A DNA stretch of 55,392 bases, from IMG/VR virus record IMGVR_UViG_3300035701_004790, positions 1 to 55,392 of that record. The stretch is one strand, 5' to 3'. A program made the position numbers and the translations under genes. Under the pieces are notes generated by a model. It ran no database searches. It was not told the origin of the DNA and saw only the letters and a program-made list of their open reading frames with translations. This document shows positions 1 through 10,900 of the stretch, piece by piece (the stretch's first letter is position 1; every line of letters begins with the position of its first letter). Source of the DNA: a virus (lineage: Duplodnaviria > Caudoviricetes).

Positions 1-311
1 CTTGCAGAAGAACCTGAAAATGATAATGTGTTTGACCCTAATGCTATTCTTGTATTCCCCGTTAATGTACCTCCCAATCTTATGTTATTACCACTTTTTG
101 TTAATCCATTAACTGCAGTAGGTATTATACTATTTGCCTTAGTGTCGGTATAACTTTTATCTGTTAATGATCTTGAGGTATATCCTGCAGAATAATCTCC
201 CAAATATTCTATACCTGCTATCGATGATACATATAAGTGTACAGGAGTATTAGCTAATCTAGCAAATCCAGTTCTTGAATTATTATCAACTTTACTGAAT
301 GTACCACCAAT
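1..311. repeat. Near-identical copy of 5288..5598 (block shared by the two delta-60 paralogues)
   Basis: Both begin cttgcagaagaacctgaaaatgataatgtg... and differ only by scattered substitutions. Confidence 0.9.
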
Positions 312-2471
312 AATTATTCTTAAACCATCTGATTGTACTCCTATTGTATTCACAGCACCATCCGTATTCAAAATATTGAATGTAGTATCCAGAATTCCAC
401 TACTACTTAATTTAATTATTTTACCTACAGGTGTACCATTATATGTTGTGAATGAACCGCCAATAAGATACGAACCATCTAATAACAATTTAGATGGATT
501 TGTTGTAGCATCTAATCCAGTACCATAAATAAACGTATTGTCTAAAGTACCATTATTATTTAACCTCACAATTCTATTTGCTGTAATTCCACTATATGTT
601 AGAAACGTACCAGTACATAATATCTTTCCATCGAGTTGTAACAATGTTGATACCACTGTGCTGGTAAATCTAGTACCTAATGAAGTATTTATACTACCAT
701 TACTATTTAATCTAATTAATTTCTGTGATGTCACCCCACTATATGAATTAAATGAACCTGAAACTATTATATTAGTTGTGGGTTCCACTGTTATACTATT
801 CACAGTACCAGTATTAAATCCTGTACCAATTACAAAAGTTGCATCTACCTTTCCATTTGGATGTAATCTTATGATTCTGTTTGATGTAACTCCACTATAT
901 GATGTGAAACTACCACCAGCAATTATTTTTCCGTCCGATTGAATAACTCCACTATTTGCGATAGCAGATGAAGCGAAATTACCCACTAAAAAAGTATTAT
1001 CTGTAGTTCCATCAGTATTCAATTTAATTATTCCACCTCTAGTAGAACCAGTAAATGAATTCATAGAACCTAATAATAAGTATTTACCATCAGGCGTAAT
1101 AATTGTACTCAAAACACTACCTACAATTCCCAAATTAAAACGTGGAAATACATCTATTAATGTTCCGTCTGATTTTATTTTTACTACGTTAGATTGCGCA
1201 ATACCAGCATAAGAATAAATAATTCCACATAAAAAAATATCTCCATTTGATTGTGGTTCAATTGCTAATATATTAGAAGATTGATCTAATTGACCTACGA
1301 AACTATTGTCATTACTACCATCTGTGTTCAATCGTACTATAGCATATTTCTGTATATTATTATAAATACCAAAATCACCACCCACTAATATTTTATTATC
1401 TGACTGTATTTTTACAGTTGATGGGAAAACAAAAGAAAAATTACCAACATCAAATCCTACACCACTACTAAATGTATTATCAACCGATCCATTGGTGTTT
1501 AATCTTATTATACCATTTCCTATAGTTACACCACTATACAGATTAAAATCACCCACAACAATTATCTTATTATCAATAGATTGTATTGCAATATCATTAA
1601 CATCACCAAACCCAGTTTCTCCACTAAACCCAATACCATTAAAAAAAGTATTGTCAATTGATCCATTACTGTTCAATCTTACTATACCATTTTTTGTTAC
1701 ACCACTATAGGAATTAAAAAAACCACCTAACACTAATTTTCCATCTGATTGAACAATTACTTTTCTAGGGTAAGCTCCTGTATTAAAACCAGCACCACTT
1801 ACAAATGTCGCATCTACCTTTCCATTTGGGTGTAATCTTACAATCCCATTTGCCGTAACTCCACTATATGATGCGAAAGTACCTATAGCAACTATTTTCC
1901 CATCTGGCTGTACTGTGATACTATTCACAGTACCAGAATTAATATCAAAACCAGTACCACTTACAAATGTTGCATCTACCTTTCCATTTGGGTGTAATCT
2001 TATAATCCCATTTGCCGTAACTCCACTATATGATGCGAAACTACCACCAGCAACTATTTTTCCGTCTGGCTGTAATGCCATTGCCTGTACTCCACCAGCA
2101 AATCCAGTACTGGTTATGTATGGCAAAAATGATGTATCTGGAGTTCCATCAGCATTAAGTCTTGCAATCCCCGGAGTATATGTATTTGATGAATGTGTAA
2201 AATTACCTCCTAACAATATTTTTCCATCTGATTGTGTAAGACTACTAAATATGGTTCCGTTGAAACCACCGCCACATACTATAGAGCTATCAAGTATGAA
2301 ATTGTTAGTTGATCCACTATTCAATGTATGTAAGGTTATATTCGTTGCACTTAATTTAATATTTGGTTTACCATTAAGATTGTTAAAATAAGTAACTCCT
2401 GATATGAACAAAGTTGAACCAGAAGGTTGTATAAAACCCGAATTTGCTAATATTTGTCTTGTTTGTAACAT
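1..2471 (-). CDS. Delta-60 repeat (DUF5122-type) beta-propeller protein, putative fibre/receptor-binding protein; 3' end runs off the window
   Basis: Missing from the ORF track because it has no stop in the window. ATG at 2471 reads MLQTRQILANSGFIQPSGSTLFISG..., then repeated QxDGKIxxGGxFxSYSGVT..IIRLxxNGxxDxTF blades. Colinear paralogue of 2482..7917. Confidence 0.85.
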   Translation of the reverse strand, partial: MLQTRQILANSGFIQPSGSTLFISGVTYFNNLNGKPNIKLSATNITLHTLNSGSTNNFILDSSIVCGGGFNGTIFSSLTQSDGKILLGGNFTHSSNTYTPGIARLNADGTPDTSFLPYITSTGFAGGVQAMALQPDGKIVAGGSFASYSGVTANGIIRLHPNGKVDATFVSGTGFDINSGTVNSITVQPDGKIVAIGTFASYSGVTANGIVRLHPNGKVDATFVSGAGFNTGAYPRKVIVQSDGKLVLGGFFNSYSGVTKNGIVRLNSNGSIDNTFFNGIGFSGETGFGDVNDIAIQSIDNKIIVVGDFNLYSGVTIGNGIIRLNTNGSVDNTFSSGVGFDVGNFSFVFPSTVKIQSDNKILVGGDFGIYNNIQKYAIVRLNTDGSNDNSFVGQLDQSSNILAIEPQSNGDIFLCGIIYSYAGIAQSNVVKIKSDGTLIDVFPRFNLGIVGSVLSTIITPDGKYLLLGSMNSFTGSTRGGIIKLNTDGTTDNTFLVGNFASSAIANSGVIQSDGKIIAGGSFTSYSGVTSNRIIRLHPNGKVDATFVIGTGFNTGTVNSITVEPTTNIIVSGSFNSYSGVTSQKLIRLNSNGSINTSLGTRFTSTVVSTLLQLDGKILCTGTFLTYSGITANRIVRLNNNGTLDNTFIYGTGLDATTNPSKLLLDGSYLIGGSFTTYNGTPVGKIIKLSSSGILDTTFNILNTDGAVNTIGVQSDGLRIIIGGTFSKVDNNSRTGFARLANTPVHLYVSSIAGIEYLGDYSAGYTSRSLTDKSYTDTKANSIIPTAVNGLTKSGNNIRLGGTLTGNTRIALGSNTLSFSGSSA

Positions 2472-5400
2472 TTATTTTATATTAAACACTTCCATGCCAA
2501 TTAATTCCATTATAAACAAGGATTACTGACCCATAATTTGAGTTAATGAGTGCTGTGGTTGCTCCATTTATTTTTTTACCATTACCATTTATTGTGATGT
2601 TCTGTGCCGTAGCATTACCCTTTACATCAGAAACAATAATTTGTTGATTTGTTTTTGGTATCGAAGGTAAATATATCGTAATGGCACTAGTTCCACTACA
2701 ATGAATATAATCATTAGATGTTGTAGCAGTAAATGGAGTCGTAGTTAAAAGAGATAACAAAACAGAATTTTTTTCTGTCAAAACCTGATTTGATACATAT
2801 CCCTTATGTACCAAAGATAAATCATTAAAACTAGCACTATAATCCGAACCATATTCAAACCCTACAGGATTTTGAAGAACCGCCCCATAATTATTGTTGA
2901 TAATTCCACCACTTATTAATGACGCACTACCAACTATACCGAATTGACCACCAATAAAATAATTGCTATTGACTGAAAATGGTGTAATAGTATAAACGTA
3001 TGTAGCGGTTCCATTATAGTCATTAGTTCCTATACCTAAACCTGATGAAGTATCTAAAGTCCAATCAGCATTTAATCTTACTATTCCACGATTTGTTATT
3101 GATTTAAATGAATCAAAACTCCCCCCCACTAATATTTTACCATTACTTTGAACCGAAATTACGTTTACGAGACTATTAAATCCATTAAATCTCTGAAAAG
3201 ATGTTGTCGTATCCCAAGTTCCATTGGAATTTAATCTCATAAAATTACCTGTAGATTGTACTCCGTTATATGTGACACCATTATTATCAAAAGAAGAGCC
3301 ACCAATAAGAATTTTACCGTCAGATTGAAGAAACATCGTATAAACAACAGCCCCTGCAGTAAATCCACTAGCACCACTATTAAACGTTGAATCTATACTA
3401 CCATTCGAATTTAATCTTATAATGGAATTCTTTGTAACACCGCTATATGTTGCGAAAGTTCCACAAGCCAATATTTTATCATCTGGTTGAATAATTATTT
3501 TTTGTACATAACCCCCAGTAAATCCACTACCAATTACAAATGTTGCATCTACCTTTCCATTTGGATGTAATCTTATTATATTATTTCTACTAACACCACT
3601 ATATGATGAGAATGAACCAGAAACAACTATTTTTCCATTTGATTGTATTCCAGCACTATACACCGTACCTACCACTGTTCCACCAGTAAATGTACTATCC
3701 AAAACTCCATTTTCATTCAATCTAATAACTCCTTTATTACTAAGAGATACATTATTGTATGCGTTTATATTACCAGTAATAATTATTTTTCCATCTGATT
3801 GTGACTTAACATCGAAAATGCTCGAAGAAGTAGGAAAAAATCCACTACCACCAATATTAAATGTTCCATCAACAAGACCTTCATTAGTCAATTTAACAAT
3901 ACGATTAGCTGTTTTGCCACTATATGTTGTAAAGAAACCTACAGCAATTAAATTTCCGTCAGATAATAATACAGAAGATTGTACTACACCATTAAAACCT
4001 AAATTATTAGCACTAAATATATTATTTGGAGTACCAACATTTGTTAAAACAGCAGCATTAATTCTATTAACACCATTGACACCAGTATAATCACCACCTA
4101 AAAAAATTGTACCACCACTAAATATTTGAGACGTTTTAATTTTTGGGTCTGACTGAAAAAGTCCCAACCCTACCCCACTACCTACAACGAATGTGTTATC
4201 TATTGTTCCATCGGAATTTAATCTAATATGATTATTATTAGCAATACCATTATATGAACTAAATGAACCACCTACATATATTTTTCCGTCTGATTGAATT
4301 GAAATAGTTCCAACAGAATTATTTCCTGCACCAGTAAATCCCGTACCTGTAAATGTTGCATCTATCTTTCCATTTGGATGTAATCTTATTATTCTATTTG
4401 CTGTGACACCACTGTATGATATAAAACTACCACCCACCAATATTTTATTGTCGGTTTGAAATTTTATACTTTTTATAGCATTTGACCCACTATTCAAAAA
4501 TCCGCTACCACCTAAAAATGTTGCATCAACTTTTCCATTAGGGTGTAATCTTATAATTCCAGTTCTACTAACGCCACTATACGTTGTGAAGTTACCACCA
4601 ACAATAATTTTTTGATCTGATGGTTGAACTACTACAATACATGGAACAAAAGTAAAACCAGTTCCAAATCCAGTACCGCTTACAAAAGTCGCATCTACCT
4701 TTCCATTTGGATGTAATCTTATAATATGATTTGCAGTAACTCCACTATATGTGTTAAAATCACCACAAACAACTATTTTTTGGTCTGCTTGTATTGCTAT
4801 TGAATTAGCTGCTCCATCTGTAAATCCGTTAGTTCCACCAATAATAAATGACGTATCATATGAACCATCAGTATTAAATCTGGCAATTCTTAGATTGGCA
4901 TTTGCAAAATTGAGTTCAGCCGTAACCACCAACTTTCCATCTGCTTGAAGAGCCATGCTATTTATGGGTAGAGTATTAGATAAGTAACTACCAGCGTAAT
5001 TAAATGTATTATCTAAAGTTCCATCAGTATTAAATCTTATAATATCTGACTTAGTTAATGAAACACCAGCATACGACTTAATAACTCCAGCAATAATTAA
5101 TTTTTCATCACTCTGAATAACAGATTTAACTATTGAACCTACAATTAATTTACCCCCATTAGAATAGGGCATTGCCTTTCCAAAATTTTGACTGAATTTC
5201 AACAGTGAACCTGTACTTCCTCCCATATCTAAATTTGCACTCGAAGCAATTGAAATACTACTATTACCAGTAGCTGAAAAACCAATACTTGCAGAAGAAC
5301 CTGAAAATGATAATGTGTTTGACCCTAATGCTATTCTTGTATTCCCCGTTAATGTACCTCCCAATCTTATGTTATTACCACTTTTTGTTAATCCATTAAC

Positions 5401-7450
5401 TGCAGTAGGTATTACACTACTTACCTTAGTATCGGTATAACTTTTATCTGTTAATGATCTTGAGGTATATCCTGCAGAATAATCTCCCAAATATTCTATA
5501 CCTGCTATCGATGATACATATACGTGTACAGGAGTACTAGCTAATCTAGCAAATCCAGTTCTTGTATTATTATCAACTTTACTGAATGTACCACCAATAA
5601 TTAATACAGTATTATCCGATCCAAACCCAATTGCATTCACACCACTATCTATATTCGCAATAGTAAGTGTAGGATCAAGAATTCCATTACTAGTTAATCT
5701 CATTATTTTGCTTACAGGTGTACCATTATATGTTGAAAATCCACCAGCGATATAAAGATAACCATCTGATCTTATAGATATTTTTGCTACAGTACTATCT
5801 AATGTAGTTGATAAAAAAGTACTATCTTTAGTAGTATCAATATTTAATCTCATTAAAAATTGTGTTGTAATTCCACTATATGTGGTAAAATTACCACCAA
5901 CCAACAATTTTCCATCTGATTGTATTACTAATGACGCAACTGAGGCAAATGCATTAAATCTAGTACCAAATGAAGTATCTATACTACCATTACTATTTAA
6001 TCTAATTAATTTACGTGATGTCACCCCACTATATGTATTAGATGAACCACCAACATATATTTTTCCATCTAATTGAATATCTATAGCACTCACAGTACTT
6101 ACAAACCCCGTACCAATTACAAAAGTTGCATCTACCTTTCCATTTGGATGTAATCTTATTATTCTGTTTGATGTAACTCCACTATATGATGTGAAACTAC
6201 CACCAGCAATTATTTTTCCGTCTGATTGAATAGATATTGCATTCACAGTACCAGTATTAAATCCTGTACCAATTACAAAAGTCGCATCTACTTTTCCATT
6301 TGGATGTAATCTTATGATTCTGTTTGATGTAACTCCACTATATGATGTGAAAGTACCGCCAAAAATTATTTTTCCGTCTGATTGAACAGCACTAGTGACT
6401 GGTTGGGTAGATGTACTAAAACCAACACCTGTAAGGAAGGTAGTATTATCTACCGTTCCATCAGTGTTAAGAGAAACTATACCATTAGCAGTTACACCAT
6501 ATAACTGACTAAATGATCCACCTATCAAATATTTTCCATTAAATATTCTTGCAATAGAAATATTTAAAACATTAAATCCTGCATTATAAAATGGAAATAT
6601 ATTTATTATACTTCCAGTTGTTGATACTTGTGTTAGATAACGTTGTGAAGTATTATTATACGATTGATGCGTACCACCAAAAATTACATTTCCATTTAAT
6701 TGTACACCAATTCCGTTAATTACACTACCACTAACAGTACCTGCACCAGTTACAAACGTACTATCAAGAGTACCATCACTATTTAATCTAAAAATTGTAC
6801 CCTTACTAACCCCATTATATGATGAAGATGATCCACCAATTAATATTTTATTATCTATTTGTAGTTTTAGTGTTTGTCCACCAAATTCCGTAAATCCATC
6901 GATATTAAGACCAGTACCAGTTGTAAAAGTATTATCAATTGATCCATTGGTATTTAATCGTACAATACCGTTTTTTGTTACACCACTATATGTATGAAAA
7001 GCACCCGTAACAATTATTTTATTATCAGTATTTGTTTGTATTGCTAAACCCGCTATATAATCACTTGGGTTACCATCTAAAAAAGTATTGTCAATTGATC
7101 CGTCAGTGTTTAATCTTAATAAACTATGTTTTGTTACACCACTATAGGAATTAAAAAAACCACCTAACACTAATTTTCCATCTGATTGAAGGGCTAATAT
7201 CGCAGCTATTTCAAATGCTCCTGTATCAAAACCAGCACCACTTACAAATGTCGCATCTACCTTTCCATTTGGATGTAATCTTATAATTCCATGTCTTGTA
7301 ACTCCACTATAAGTATCAAAATAACCTATAACAATTATTTTACCATCAGATTGAATTTTTACATCTTCTAGTAAAGCACCAGAATTAATATCAAAACCAG
7401 TACCACTTACAAAAGTTGCATCTACCTTTCCATTTGGGTGTAATCTTATA
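843..7450. repeat. About 11 dispersed near-identical coding repeats (tctacctttccatttggRtgtaatctt, encoding RLHPNGKVD)
   Basis: Copies near 843, 1813, 1975, 3548, 4361, 4525, 4694, 6131, 6286, 7256 and 7421. Confidence 0.85.
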
Positions 7451-7917
7451 ATTCCATTTGCAGTAACACCACTATATGATGTGAAACTACCTATAGCAAC
7501 TATTTTCCCATCTGGCTGTAATGCCATTGCCTGTACTCCACCACCAAATCCAGTACTGGTTATGTATGGCAGAAATGATGTATCTGGAGTTCCATCAGCA
7601 TTAAGTCTTGCAATCCCCGGAGTATATGTATTTGTCGAATGTGTAAAATTACCTCCGACTAATATTTTTCCATCTGGTTGTGTCGTCACACACAATATCG
7701 TGTTATCGAACCCTGCACCAAAAAGTAAGGATGCATCCAATATCATATTATTAGTTGATCCACTGCTCAATGTCTGCAACGTTATGTTGTTTGCAGTTAC
7801 ACTAATATTTGGTTTACCATTAATTGTTATAATTTCAGTAGTTCCAGATAATGTTAATGTTGAACCAGAAGCCTGTATATAATTAGGATTTGCTAATATT
7901 TGTTTTGTTTGTAACAT
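2482..7917 (-). CDS. Delta-60 repeat (DUF5122/TIGR02608-type) multi-beta-propeller protein, 1811 aa, putative fibre/adhesin
   Basis: More than 20 repeats of QSDGKIxxGGxF...IxRLNxxGxxDxTF. No signal peptide. Central NGLTKSGNNIRLGGTLTGNT module and a C-terminal fibre-type module (YLPSIP...DVKGNA...INSNYGSVILVYNG.NW) shared with 7942..12669. Confidence 0.85.
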   Translation of the reverse strand: MLQTKQILANPNYIQASGSTLTLSGTTEIITINGKPNISVTANNITLQTLSSGSTNNMILDASLLFGAGFDNTILCVTTQPDGKILVGGNFTHSTNTYTPGIARLNADGTPDTSFLPYITSTGFGGGVQAMALQPDGKIVAIGSFTSYSGVTANGIIRLHPNGKVDATFVSGTGFDINSGALLEDVKIQSDGKIIVIGYFDTYSGVTRHGIIRLHPNGKVDATFVSGAGFDTGAFEIAAILALQSDGKLVLGGFFNSYSGVTKHSLLRLNTDGSIDNTFLDGNPSDYIAGLAIQTNTDNKIIVTGAFHTYSGVTKNGIVRLNTNGSIDNTFTTGTGLNIDGFTEFGGQTLKLQIDNKILIGGSSSSYNGVSKGTIFRLNSDGTLDSTFVTGAGTVSGSVINGIGVQLNGNVIFGGTHQSYNNTSQRYLTQVSTTGSIINIFPFYNAGFNVLNISIARIFNGKYLIGGSFSQLYGVTANGIVSLNTDGTVDNTTFLTGVGFSTSTQPVTSAVQSDGKIIFGGTFTSYSGVTSNRIIRLHPNGKVDATFVIGTGFNTGTVNAISIQSDGKIIAGGSFTSYSGVTSNRIIRLHPNGKVDATFVIGTGFVSTVSAIDIQLDGKIYVGGSSNTYSGVTSRKLIRLNSNGSIDTSFGTRFNAFASVASLVIQSDGKLLVGGNFTTYSGITTQFLMRLNIDTTKDSTFLSTTLDSTVAKISIRSDGYLYIAGGFSTYNGTPVSKIMRLTSNGILDPTLTIANIDSGVNAIGFGSDNTVLIIGGTFSKVDNNTRTGFARLASTPVHVYVSSIAGIEYLGDYSAGYTSRSLTDKSYTDTKVSSVIPTAVNGLTKSGNNIRLGGTLTGNTRIALGSNTLSFSGSSASIGFSATGNSSISIASSANLDMGGSTGSLLKFSQNFGKAMPYSNGGKLIVGSIVKSVIQSDEKLIIAGVIKSYAGVSLTKSDIIRFNTDGTLDNTFNYAGSYLSNTLPINSMALQADGKLVVTAELNFANANLRIARFNTDGSYDTSFIIGGTNGFTDGAANSIAIQADQKIVVCGDFNTYSGVTANHIIRLHPNGKVDATFVSGTGFGTGFTFVPCIVVVQPSDQKIIVGGNFTTYSGVSRTGIIRLHPNGKVDATFLGGSGFLNSGSNAIKSIKFQTDNKILVGGSFISYSGVTANRIIRLHPNGKIDATFTGTGFTGAGNNSVGTISIQSDGKIYVGGSFSSYNGIANNNHIRLNSDGTIDNTFVVGSGVGLGLFQSDPKIKTSQIFSGGTIFLGGDYTGVNGVNRINAAVLTNVGTPNNIFSANNLGFNGVVQSSVLLSDGNLIAVGFFTTYSGKTANRIVKLTNEGLVDGTFNIGGSGFFPTSSSIFDVKSQSDGKIIITGNINAYNNVSLSNKGVIRLNENGVLDSTFTGGTVVGTVYSAGIQSNGKIVVSGSFSSYSGVSRNNIIRLHPNGKVDATFVIGSGFTGGYVQKIIIQPDDKILACGTFATYSGVTKNSIIRLNSNGSIDSTFNSGASGFTAGAVVYTMFLQSDGKILIGGSSFDNNGVTYNGVQSTGNFMRLNSNGTWDTTTSFQRFNGFNSLVNVISVQSNGKILVGGSFDSFKSITNRGIVRLNADWTLDTSSGLGIGTNDYNGTATYVYTITPFSVNSNYFIGGQFGIVGSASLISGGIINNNYGAVLQNPVGFEYGSDYSASFNDLSLVHKGYVSNQVLTEKNSVLLSLLTTTPFTATTSNDYIHCSGTSAITIYLPSIPKTNQQIIVSDVKGNATAQNITINGNGKKINGATTALINSNYGSVILVYNGINWHGSV

Positions 7918-7941
7918 CTTTTTATATTTATTAATTATATT

Positions 7942-10900
7942 TTATACAAATCCACCACCAGACCAATTGAAACCATTATAAATAACCACAACAGACCCAT
8001 AATTGGTATTAATTAATGCTGTTGATGATCCATTTATGTTTTTACCGTTTCCATCAATGGTCAAATTCACCGATAATGCATTCCCTTTTATATCAGCTAT
8101 AAAAATTCTTTGGAATGGTTTTGGTGTTAAGGGTAGATAAAAACTCATCGTTGTTGTTGCAGAAATACCGACATATCCAACACTGCTTGATCCTGTTGCC
8201 GTTGCCGTTATTATTACACCATTTAGTTGATTATTTAAATCTGATATACTTCTATATCTAACCTCACCGTTAGATTCTTTGGTTAATACATTTGTCGTTG
8301 TACCTGATTTTATTGAACCAAGTATTGTTGTTTGTCCTGTGTTACCTAAATAAATTTTTGAACTACCTGTAACCGTTAAATTAGTACCAATAACTATCGT
8401 ATTATTTACTGATGCAATACCATAAGATGTGTTATATCCAATAAATGTATTTGTACTACCTGTTAATGTTAATGAAGCATGGTATCCAGCAAACGCACCA
8501 AGGCCAGTATTATAACTACCTCCACCTCTAGGTAACGACCAGTTACCAAAACCAGAATGACCCCAACCACTTACTGATAAACTTCCAGCCTCTGTACCAA
8601 CGAATGTTGTCTTCGTAACCAAATTAGCATATTGTAATGCGTGTGCACCAATTGCAATATTATGTAATGTATTTCCAACTCCAGTATCACCGCTAGAACC
8701 ACCAGTCATGTCAGCACCAGCTAATGTGCCAATCATGGTATTATTTCTTCCTATTTTTGATCTCTTACCTGCGGAATCCCCAATAGCAATTTGGTATCTT
8801 TCAAAATCAGCAAATGCTAATGCATTAGGGCCAATACCTATTGAACTTACACCATCTCTAGCAATTGAACTTTGCATTGCAGAACCACCAATTGCTGTAA
8901 TATATGATGTATTTGTTAATCCTGTAAAAAGTCTCATTGCCCAGTTACCTATCGCAATATGAGAATCATTAAAAGTAGATGCTGCTACCGATCCTAAATT
9001 CGTTTCATAACCAATATCAATCGAATAACTATAGTTCCCCGATTTTACATTACTTACTTTTCTACCAATAGCAATATTATGTGTACCAATGGTCATTCCA
9101 GTTTGGTTGTTCCAACCAATAGCAATATTTCTACCACCATTAAATTCTGTTGCTGATGCAGTAATTGATCTTAAGTTATAAGAACCCAACGAAATATTAC
9201 CTGCACCATTCGAAGCCGAACCGTTTCCAGCACCAATATATATATCCGTCAATCCTGTTGCTACACTATTTCCAGTTTGATTTTTAAATAATAATAAACC
9301 AACATTTGCACTGTTTCCAATTTGACCTGAAATAAATGGTGTTCCTTGGGTTTGGGCATTAAATGTTAATGTTAAACCTGTTGTTGTATTAATTGTCGTA
9401 TCACCAGTTAAGGTTCCACCTAATCCTATATTAGTTCCTTTTTTTACTAAACCATTAACTGCATTGGTTGTACCTGTGATACTTCCAATTAATCTTACTT
9501 CCAATTCACCTGTTGTTGTATTTCTAGTTACAAAATTTGTCGATGTTCCTGTAACTAATGCTGCTCCTATACCATAACCTATTCTAACTCTTGGCATAAA
9601 GACGGTATCATTAGTTGTAGCACTTGCTTTGATGGTGTTACCACCAAGTACAACTGATCTTAATGAATCTGATGGTATATTATGATTTAAACCACCAAGA
9701 ATAACTGAGTTAGCTGCTAATGCACCATCACCAGCATTTTGTGAACCATTCGATTCAGAATAATTAAATGATGAAGTACCTGCTGCAACAACAGCTTTAT
9801 TATTTATCTGTGAATTTCCTTTACCACCAGCAAACGATTGTGCACCTGTAGCACGAATTATACGACCAACAGCAAAAGAATTTGTACCACCAGCAAAAGC
9901 TGAAAAACCAACAGCAAATGCGGTTTGTCCTGTTGCAACTGCAGATGAACCAATTGCAGTCGAAAAATTATCAGCATATGCATTGTTACCCATTGCCCAA
10001 GAATATAAACCATCAGACCAGTTTCTACCACCGATATAATATGTATAAGTTCCTGTAACGCCTTGAAATGTTGCAGTATTAAAATTGTAACCATTTCTAA
10101 TTTGTGCACGTGAGTAATTCGTTGAAATTGTTGCACCAGTATTTGTTGGAATTGATGATAAGAAACAAACATACCAAGCACCGCTTGAATCTTTTACCCA
10201 AAATTGAAACCAGTAACTCAAACCCCTTCCAGTAGTTGCATTTAAAAAATTAGTACCATTACCAACCACTGCAGGGGAACCATTAGTTAATGTTACTGTG
10301 CCTTGTCCAACTATTTCAACATTTGTTTTATATGAAAATACGTTTGGTATTGCAGATTGATTATCTAGTATGACTGGTGTTGATGCACCAGATATTATCA
10401 TATTTCCAATACTTGAAGTACCGCTAATATCAATAAACTCTAATTCACCAGTACTGGAATTTCTACCTACCAAATTTTTGCTAAAATTATTTTTAGTTGC
10501 AGCACCACCAATACCATAACCAATTCTAACTTTTGGCATGAACACAGTATCCGTAGTTGCTGATGTTGCTTTAATTGCATTACCACCAAGAATAATCGAA
10601 CGTGTACTATTTGAAGGTATATTACCATCATTACCACCAAGAATAGCACTATAATCAGCAAGAGCACCATGACCACTAGTTTGACCAGTAGAATTTGATG
10701 ACATATTTATTGAATGTATTCCCGAAGTAAGAACTCTTTGTACTGTTCCAGTATGAGAACCAAAAGTATATGTATTTGCCCAACCAAATACTAACGATCC
10801 CTTTCCTGCTGCTTGTGCATTATACCCGAAAGCATAACCCATATCTGCAATTACTTTACTATTATAACCCATTGTAAATGCTGCAGAAATAGCATTACCT

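Noticed and set aside
1-5598. Diversity-generating retroelement template/variable repeat pair
   Set aside because: The differences I checked include both A/G and C/T changes rather than adenine-only, both copies are coding, and there is no reverse transcriptase in the window.
843-7450. CRISPR array suggested by recurring ~27-nt repeats
   Set aside because: The repeats are in-frame coding segments spaced about 155 nt to over 1 kb apart, and there are no cas genes.
538-7882. Plus-strand ORFs (538..942, 1492..1710, 1915..2391, 3755..4090, 7481..7882 and others) with repeated motifs
   Set aside because: They are antisense shadows of the repetitive minus-strand delta-60 genes and mirror their codon pattern.
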